From Candidatus Multivoradales bacterium (GTDB lineage Bacteria; Acidobacteriota; Thermoanaerobaculia; Multivoradales; JAHEKO01), in the NCBI GenBank assembly GCA_965223155.1, contig CBDCVR010000014.1:576001-640000 (forward strand): a stretch of 64,000 nt of DNA. Reading direction: 5' to 3'. Of the stretch, positions 58,115-64,000 are shown one piece after another (within the stretch, counting starts at the first letter, position 1; every line of letters begins with the position of its first letter). Under the pieces are notes generated by a model that saw only the letters and a list, made by a program, of their open reading frames with translations, was not told the origin of the DNA and did no database searches. The translations under genes were made by a program, and so were the position numbers.

Positions 58115-59335
58115 TCAATAATCGACGTAGCCGCCACGCGTCCGGATCTTGAGGCCCGGGCGCCGGACCCGCACCCGTACCTCGTGCCAGCGGCCGTCGT
58201 TCGCGTCCACCGTCGGGTAGTAGCCCAGGACGTACTGCTCCCGAAGCTCGGCCAGGATGTCGGCGAAAGCGCCGGCCGCCTCGCCGGCCCCGGCGATGCG
58301 AACGACCCGTCCGCCGGTCTCCCGGACAAGCTGGCGAAGACCCTCGAGCTCGACCAAGTGCGCCTCCCGGTTGCGCCAGGCCGAGGTCACCTGCTCGGAG
58401 TCCCCGGCATCGCGCAACTCGATCCAGTACACGATCGAGCGGGAACGTCGGGCCACCCAGAGAACGTCTGAGATTTCCAGGGCGCTGTGGATATCGACGC
58501 CGTCGGAGAGCAGCACGACGACTCGCCGCCCCTGCCGGTCCTCCAGCTCGCGCAAAGCCCGGTAGAGCGCGTCGTTGATCGCCGTGCCACCGCCCGCGCG
58601 TGCCGAGGAGAGCTCGCCCACCAGCTCGGCGGGGCTCTGGGAGAACAGCGAGCGCGAGCGCACGCCGTCGGCGAAGAGAACGACCGACGCCTCGTCCAGG
58701 TCCTGCATCCCGTTCAGAAAGGCTCCGGCGCCGCCGAGGGCCGCCGCCAGCCGGCCTCCCGCCATGCTGCTGCTGGCGTCAATCAAGACCGCCACGGTGA
58801 GAGCGGCATCGCCGCCTTCGAACGTCACGATGGTCTCGTCCACCCCCTGGTCCCGGATCTCGAAGTCCGCCACCGTAAGCTCCGCCGCCGGCACCTCGGA
58901 CTCGATCGAGACGTAGAGCTGCTGGAGCGCCAAGTCGATCGACTCATCGACGGCGATCGCGGGCGTCACTCGGAGCGCCCGCCCCAGCTCGCCGCCGGGT
59001 CCGAAGGCGATGGCCTCGATCTCGTGGGACCCGTAGTCGCCTCCAAGGGAAACCTGCCCCCGAAATGGCACCCGATCCAGGACCAGAGCCTCGCGGCCAT
59101 CGATCCACACCACCACCCGCTCGACCTCGGGATAGAACGCCTCGACCTCGACGGTGATCTCACCGAACGCGGGCTTGCCGTGCTCGGGCGAGACGATGAA
59201 GACCATCGAGTCAGTGGACGCGGCCTCCTCGGCACCGGCTGCCTTGCTAGCCGTCTGGCCAAACGCCGGCACTGCGAAGGCCAGAAGGCAGGCGAGCAGG
59301 AAGGGCTTCGGATGCCGCAAGATCCCCCACCTCAT
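58115..59335 (-). CDS. Secreted Ig-like plus VWA-domain protein (VWFA-related Acidobacterial type)
   Basis: Intact MIDAS IDASSSM, GGTAINDAL, VVLLSDGVD, ETGG, LREQYVLGYYP...DGRWHEVRVRV...RTRGGY. Confidence 0.9.
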   Translation of the reverse strand: MRWGILRHPKPFLLACLLAFAVPAFGQTASKAAGAEEAASTDSMVFIVSPEHGKPAFGEITVEVEAFYPEVERVVVWIDGREALVLDRVPFRGQVSLGGDYGSHEIEAIAFGPGGELGRALRVTPAIAVDESIDLALQQLYVSIESEVPAAELTVADFEIRDQGVDETIVTFEGGDAALTVAVLIDASSSMAGGRLAAALGGAGAFLNGMQDLDEASVVLFADGVRSRSLFSQSPAELVGELSSARAGGGTAINDALYRALRELEDRQGRRVVVLLSDGVDIHSALEISDVLWVARRSRSIVYWIELRDAGDSEQVTSAWRNREAHLVELEGLRQLVRETGGRVVRIAGAGEAAGAFADILAELREQYVLGYYPTVDANDGRWHEVRVRVRRPGLKIRTRGGYVDY

Positions 59336-61497
59336 CGGCGCCCTCCTTTGCGCTCTTGGCGCTTGCTCCGTTTCGCCCTGTCGCTTCGCTTCTTGCGTTT
59401 GCCTCGCTTGGCTCCGCCCGCCTCGAGCTCCGCAAGGGCCGCGCCCAGTCGAGCCGTGCGCACCCGGGCGGCCCGATCCAAACGTCGGTCCACTCTCGCG
59501 GCCAGAGCGCTCGCCGACTCCGTGTACAGATACCGTGGAGAGTGAACTTCCGAACGACTTGCATCGGCCGAGCGGGCCAAGAGCCGCGAGGCCTCCCGGG
59601 TCCGGCCCAACCGGTCCAGGCCATAAGCCAGAGCGAGCTCGAGCGTCGGCTCTTCGGGAAGCAGCCAGCGTCCCTCCTGCAGCAAACGCACACCCTCGCC
59701 GTGGCGCGCCCTCGCGAACGAATGCATCGCCAGCGCTTCGAAAGCCACCGCGTGCGGCCAGGCCACGGGCCTGAGATCCAGGACCCGTCGCAGCGCGCGC
59801 CGGCCGGCGGCCGCCTCGCCCAGGCGGAGGCGCGCGAGACCGAGCCGCAGCCAGCCTTCGGGCAGGGCCGGCGAAGACTGGACCAGGGCCGCCAGATGGT
59901 CGCGCGCGCTCTCGTACTCGCCCAGCTTCTCGTAGAGCATCGAGGCCAGCAGGCGTCCGGAGCGGGTTTCCGGATCGACCTCGACGGCGCGTTCCAGGAG
60001 CGCGCCCGCGGCAGCGAACATCCGGTGCCGGTCGGCAACCGCGGCCAGGCCGGCCATGCCGGCGGCGAGCAGCCGGCGGCCCTCGTCACGGGTCTCGTGC
60101 TCGATCCAGGCGTCGAACATCGCGGTCGCCGCCCGCCGCGAATGTCCCGCCAGCGCGTACTGGCCTCGACGATAGTGTTCCTCATAGGCCAGGGTGTGGA
60201 AGCGGACCAGAGGCAGAGCGGTCTCGACGTCGGCTGCGATGAGCTCGCGCGCCACCGCCAGCTCGGAATCGAACAAGCTCTGAACGCGGCTCGGGTCTTC
60301 GGCCACCGAGCTCTCCTCGAGCTCGAGCAAGGCGGCAAGAGCGTCACGCTCCGCCCGGCCCAGACCGGCCAGCACCGTCCGGTACCCAGAGCGAATCGCC
60401 TCGGTGCCCCCACTCCGCACCGGGCCCGCCGGTGGAGTGCCTCCCACCGGCCCGGCAGCCACCGCAGTCAGGGCGTTCAAGACTTGGGGCCAGCCGCAAG
60501 CTCGTTCCGGCCCAGCGGCGCGCACCCGTTCGGGCAGCTCACCGGCGGCCGCCAGGACCCAGACCTCGAGCGGCGGAGACTCGACGCCCTCCCGCCGGCT
60601 TGCGATCGAGAGGCGGTAGGCGCCCGACGGCAGCTCGGGAACGACGAAGGCGCCGGTCCAGGACCCGCCGTCGCTCGTCCTGGCGACGTCGCCGAGCTCC
60701 GCGGTCGAAACGATGTCTTCCAGGGTCGCGAAGCGGACTTCGAAACCGGCCGCCTCCGGCGCCCAGGGCGCACCCGGTGGAACCGGCCACGCGATCGAGG
60801 TCCGCTCGCCCGAGATCCAGAGTGGACGCCCGGCGCGGTTGCCGGTTTCCGACTCGGGCTCAGCCACCAGCTCGAGCCAGGCCGGGCAGTGCGCCACCGG
60901 CGCCGGCCGGCCCAAACCGGCGGCTCCAGCCGCCGAAATCTCGACCGGCGTCACCACCAGCCCAAAGCGGTCGCTGCCGCGAACGGTGGCCAGAACCCGG
61001 ATCGAGATCGTTCCAGGCGGCACGCGAATCTCCGGCGCCCAGCGCAAACCGGTCTCGGTCAGCACTTCGCCCCAGCGATCGAGGGCGACGGCAACCGCGT
61101 GTGCCCGGTGCGCCGCTACCGCGCCAGTCTCGGTGAGCGCGTAGAGATAGAGCTCGACCGTCAGCCGATTCTCTCCGGTGGCGGTCACCGCCTCGGCCAG
61201 CCGGCTACCCGGAATCTCGACCACGACCTCGAGATTGGCGTCACCGGCCCCGCCGGACCCGGCTCGCACGATTTGGGGAACCACGGCCAGAGGAAGATCG
61301 CCGCCAGCGGCGCCTTGCACGATCAGGGTTGCCACGTTGGCGCGCAGGCCCGGAAGCTCGACCAGCCGCACCCGTCCTCCGGCCTGAGCCTCGAGTCCGG
61401 AGGGGGTGAGGCCGGCGAGTACAGTGAGCGCGACGAGCGCTCGCTGGACTGCCGCCCCAAGCCGGAACCCGGCGGCAAGGCAGCGGCGGCAGCTCAT
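59332..61497 (-). CDS. Secreted protein with beta-sandwich N-terminal domains and C-terminal TPR repeats
   Basis: Start re-called at ATG 61497; TPR-like helices (LLERAVEVDP, EGWLRLGLARLRLG); translationally coupled between two VWA genes. Confidence 0.72.
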   Translation of the reverse strand: MSCRRCLAAGFRLGAAVQRALVALTVLAGLTPSGLEAQAGGRVRLVELPGLRANVATLIVQGAAGGDLPLAVVPQIVRAGSGGAGDANLEVVVEIPGSRLAEAVTATGENRLTVELYLYALTETGAVAAHRAHAVAVALDRWGEVLTETGLRWAPEIRVPPGTISIRVLATVRGSDRFGLVVTPVEISAAGAAGLGRPAPVAHCPAWLELVAEPESETGNRAGRPLWISGERTSIAWPVPPGAPWAPEAAGFEVRFATLEDIVSTAELGDVARTSDGGSWTGAFVVPELPSGAYRLSIASRREGVESPPLEVWVLAAAGELPERVRAAGPERACGWPQVLNALTAVAAGPVGGTPPAGPVRSGGTEAIRSGYRTVLAGLGRAERDALAALLELEESSVAEDPSRVQSLFDSELAVARELIAADVETALPLVRFHTLAYEEHYRRGQYALAGHSRRAATAMFDAWIEHETRDEGRRLLAAGMAGLAAVADRHRMFAAAGALLERAVEVDPETRSGRLLASMLYEKLGEYESARDHLAALVQSSPALPEGWLRLGLARLRLGEAAAGRRALRRVLDLRPVAWPHAVAFEALAMHSFARARHGEGVRLLQEGRWLLPEEPTLELALAYGLDRLGRTREASRLLARSADASRSEVHSPRYLYTESASALAARVDRRLDRAARVRTARLGAALAELEAGGAKRGKRKKRSDRAKRSKRQERKGGRR

Positions 61498-61498
61498 G

Positions 61499-63223
61499 TC
61501 AGGGCCGGCCGCTGGGATCGACGGAAAGCCGCAGCGCCGAATCCCGCTGCGCCACTTCGTCCCGGACCCCAATGGCGATGATCTGCTCGCCGGATGCGAT
61601 GCGGAGCTCCAGACGGTAGCCGGCGAGGCCGCCCAGGGCGGTCAGAAGCTCCTCGTTCTGGATCTCGATCGGCACCACTCCCTGAGCGGGCGGCGACAGC
61701 TCGCCGGTCGCGCTCTGCGCCTGCACCGCCACCGAGAGACGGCCGACGTGGGCGGTTTCCTGCGGCAGCAGCATGAGCGAGGCGATCGGCACCTTGACCA
61801 GCAGTGGAACGACGAAGGTGTCGTCCTTCTGACGGCGCGCCGGGTCGAGCTGGATCTCCACCCCAAGCGGATTCTCGGCGGTCTCGGTCAGCAGAGCTCC
61901 CAGGGTAAGCGCTTCCAGCCCGCGGCTGCCTTGTCGAGCGACCACCCGATCGAAGTGGCGCACCTCCAGCCCGTCGGTCGCCACGGCGACCTCCAGCCGG
62001 CCGGCCTCGGGCCGGTCGTCCGCCGGCGTATAACCCAGCGAGTAGTAGTAGCGGAACCCGTCGGTCATGCGCCGCAAGAGTGGCGACAGCTCGGTCGAAT
62101 GAACCTGGCCGATGCCGCCGGTGCCACGGGCAAGCGCCAACACCCACTGCTGCTGGTTGTAGGCATCCTGGGCGCTGAAGGTGGACGCCGCCACTCCGGA
62201 AAATTCGGCATCGGAGCCGCGAGTGCGCGAGCCACCGGGATCGTGGCCGTAGAACGACACCTGCCGTTCCTTGGCATCCTCCAGCAACCGGGTCAATTGG
62301 GGCAGCGCCTGATCCAACCCCATCTCGGCCTCCGGCGACGTTACGTTGAGCTGGCGCGCCACCGATCCGTACTTGCTCCACCAGGTACGAAACAGGGCCT
62401 CGCCGGGCATTGGCTCGAAACCGGGACCGATGTAAAGCACCGCCTTGCGGCCGGGAAGTGCGGCCACGGACCCCACCAGGGAGCGAAGCTGCTGCACCGC
62501 CCGCAGGGTCGCCAAGCGCTCGGTCTGGGCCTGGATCCGCACCTCGGCGAGAAGCTGGACGGCCTCTTCCAAGACCCCCTCATCGTCCTCGGAGAGGAGG
62601 GCCAGAACCGGATCGACGGCATTCTCGAGGCGGCTCATGAGCAGCCTCCGATCGGCCGCGAGCGCCGACGGACGCTTCAGCCCGGCCCAGCGCTCCACCA
62701 CCCCCATCAACCGCTCGCTATCGCGGGTGAAGCCTTGATCCACGGACAGGTTCCGCTCCTGGCGGACCATCATGACGCCCCGGGTGGAAGCCAGCAGATC
62801 GCCCATCGACACCCGCAGCGCCTCGAGTGAAGTCTGGAGCCGGCGGGGTCGGGTCTCGCGCGCGTCGAGGTACACCACCAGCATCGGCAGCTGGGACGAG
62901 ATCGTCCGGTCCTCCCGCGCCGCGTCGGCAAGTTCGGATGCGCCGCCTGAGCCCCCGGCCGCCACTCGCACCTCCGAGAAGTACTCGATCGGTACCTCGC
63001 GGCCATCCACGCGCAGGCTGAAGTCCCCTCGGGACAGCCCCATGACCGGAACGCCCTGTCCATCCTGCACCACCACGTCCACGTTGACGACCCGAACGTC
63101 GAGTTCCTCCAGGATCGGCAGCGGCGCCCGGCCGGCGCCGCCTGCTTCCTGGGCTGGCAGCGGCAACGCGGCCAGACCGGCGCCCAGCAACCAGGAGGCC
63201 ACGCGCCGGAAGCGGTGGGTCAT
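61499..63223 (-). CDS. Secreted VWA-domain protein (VWFA-related Acidobacterial type) with a degenerate MIDAS
   Basis: VRVVNVDVVVQD..G.PV.GL...DF, LPGRKAVLYI, ARGTGG, YYSLGYTP, IAIGVRDE. The MIDAS position reads YLDARET. Confidence 0.88.
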   Translation of the reverse strand: MTHRFRRVASWLLGAGLAALPLPAQEAGGAGRAPLPILEELDVRVVNVDVVVQDGQGVPVMGLSRGDFSLRVDGREVPIEYFSEVRVAAGGSGGASELADAAREDRTISSQLPMLVVYLDARETRPRRLQTSLEALRVSMGDLLASTRGVMMVRQERNLSVDQGFTRDSERLMGVVERWAGLKRPSALAADRRLLMSRLENAVDPVLALLSEDDEGVLEEAVQLLAEVRIQAQTERLATLRAVQQLRSLVGSVAALPGRKAVLYIGPGFEPMPGEALFRTWWSKYGSVARQLNVTSPEAEMGLDQALPQLTRLLEDAKERQVSFYGHDPGGSRTRGSDAEFSGVAASTFSAQDAYNQQQWVLALARGTGGIGQVHSTELSPLLRRMTDGFRYYYSLGYTPADDRPEAGRLEVAVATDGLEVRHFDRVVARQGSRGLEALTLGALLTETAENPLGVEIQLDPARRQKDDTFVVPLLVKVPIASLMLLPQETAHVGRLSVAVQAQSATGELSPPAQGVVPIEIQNEELLTALGGLAGYRLELRIASGEQIIAIGVRDEVAQRDSALRLSVDPSGRP

Positions 63224-64000
63224 CCCGTCGCTCCCGGAGCCCTGTCGCCCAGGTCCGCAACCCAGCCGGCCCCGGGCCGGTCATCCGGCCCCATCGCCGC
63301 CAACCGCTCGGCGAGACTCCGGATATCCTGAGCCAGGGGCGCCTCGAGACGAACCGGCCCGCGGTAGTGCGAACATGCAAACTCCAGGCGCCAGGCGTGG
63401 AGAGCGTGCCGGCTCAGCACCAGCTCGGCCCGATCGGCCGGCGTCAGCCCACCCTCGAGCGATCTCAAGAACGCGCCGCCGTCGCCCGCATAGATCTTGT
63501 CCCCGACGATGGGGTGGCCGGCCGCGGCCAGGTGGGCACGGATCTGATGCTGGCGGCCGGTACGCGGCGTCACCTCCAACAGGCTGAAGGCTCCCAGCCG
63601 ACGTTGCAGACGCCAGGCCGTCAGCGCCGCGGCGCCGTCCGAGCGGGGCGCCTGGCGAATGGCAACCGCGGACTCTTCGTCCGCTCCCAGCGGCAGGTCG
63701 ATCCGCCCCGCCAACTTGGCCGGCACACCGGCGACGAGAGCCAGGTAGGTCTTGGCGACCGAGCGCTCCTCGAACCGGGCGCCCAGCTCCGCCCGCACGG
63801 CCCGATGCTTGGCAAAGAGCACCAGCCCGCTGGTCTCGCGGTCGAGCCGGTGACACGGCGTCGGGAAGTAGCCGCCCGGACCCTGACGCCGGCGGTGACG
63901 CGAGTGAACCCATTCGATAAGCGAGCCAGCCTTGTGCCGCCGGCTGGGATAGACGGTAGACCCAGGCGGCTTGTTCACCGCCAGCAAGTGCTCGTCCTCG
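63220..64000 (-). CDS. RluA-family pseudouridine synthase (N-terminus beyond the window)
   Basis: AVNKPPG, HRLDRETSG, KTYLALV, TGRQHQIRAHL, PIVGDKIY, HALHA. Confidence 0.95.
   Translation of the reverse strand, partial: EDEHLLAVNKPPGSTVYPSRRHKAGSLIEWVHSRHRRRQGPGGYFPTPCHRLDRETSGLVLFAKHRAVRAELGARFEERSVAKTYLALVAGVPAKLAGRIDLPLGADEESAVAIRQAPRSDGAAALTAWRLQRRLGAFSLLEVTPRTGRQHQIRAHLAAAGHPIVGDKIYAGDGGAFLRSLEGGLTPADRAELVLSRHALHAWRLEFACSHYRGPVRLEAPLAQDIRSLAERLAAMGPDDRPGAGWVADLGDRAPGATG

Overview
A GC-rich (roughly 70% by eye) bacterial chromosomal segment, probably Acidobacteriota. This is an inference from several 'VWFA-related Acidobacterial domain'-type secreted proteins. It holds about 50 genes. 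Housekeeping and metabolic genes include ligA (partial), thyA-folA, sahR-ahcY, hslO, amn, an RluA-family enzyme (partial), a TetR/PsrA-like regulator with an RND efflux operon, a diguanylate cyclase and many hydrolases. There is one Phd/VapB-VapC toxin-antitoxin module. I found no rRNA, tRNA, CRISPR array, transposase or prophage. Two loci stand out. (1) An orphan MamK-type actin with no other magnetosome gene in the window, encoded 15 bp downstream of a membrane-anchored N-acetylmuramoyl-L-alanine amidase. This is a candidate undescribed cytoskeleton/peptidoglycan-hydrolase module. (2) A MerB-like organomercurial lyase that the ORF track splits in two. The split is an in-frame TGA at the second catalytic-Cys position, followed by a hairpin almost superimposable on the E. 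coli fdhF SECIS, which points to a selenoprotein outside any mer operon and back-to-back with hslO. Other observations are widespread leaderless-type promoters, several readable operators (toxin-antitoxin, ArsR, PsrA-type, SahR-type), a frameshifted stand-alone Peptidase_G2-like chaperone gene, a degenerate squalene/phytoene-synthase-like gene, and many short tandem-repeat expansions. All family assignments come from motif recognition by eye. No database searches were run.
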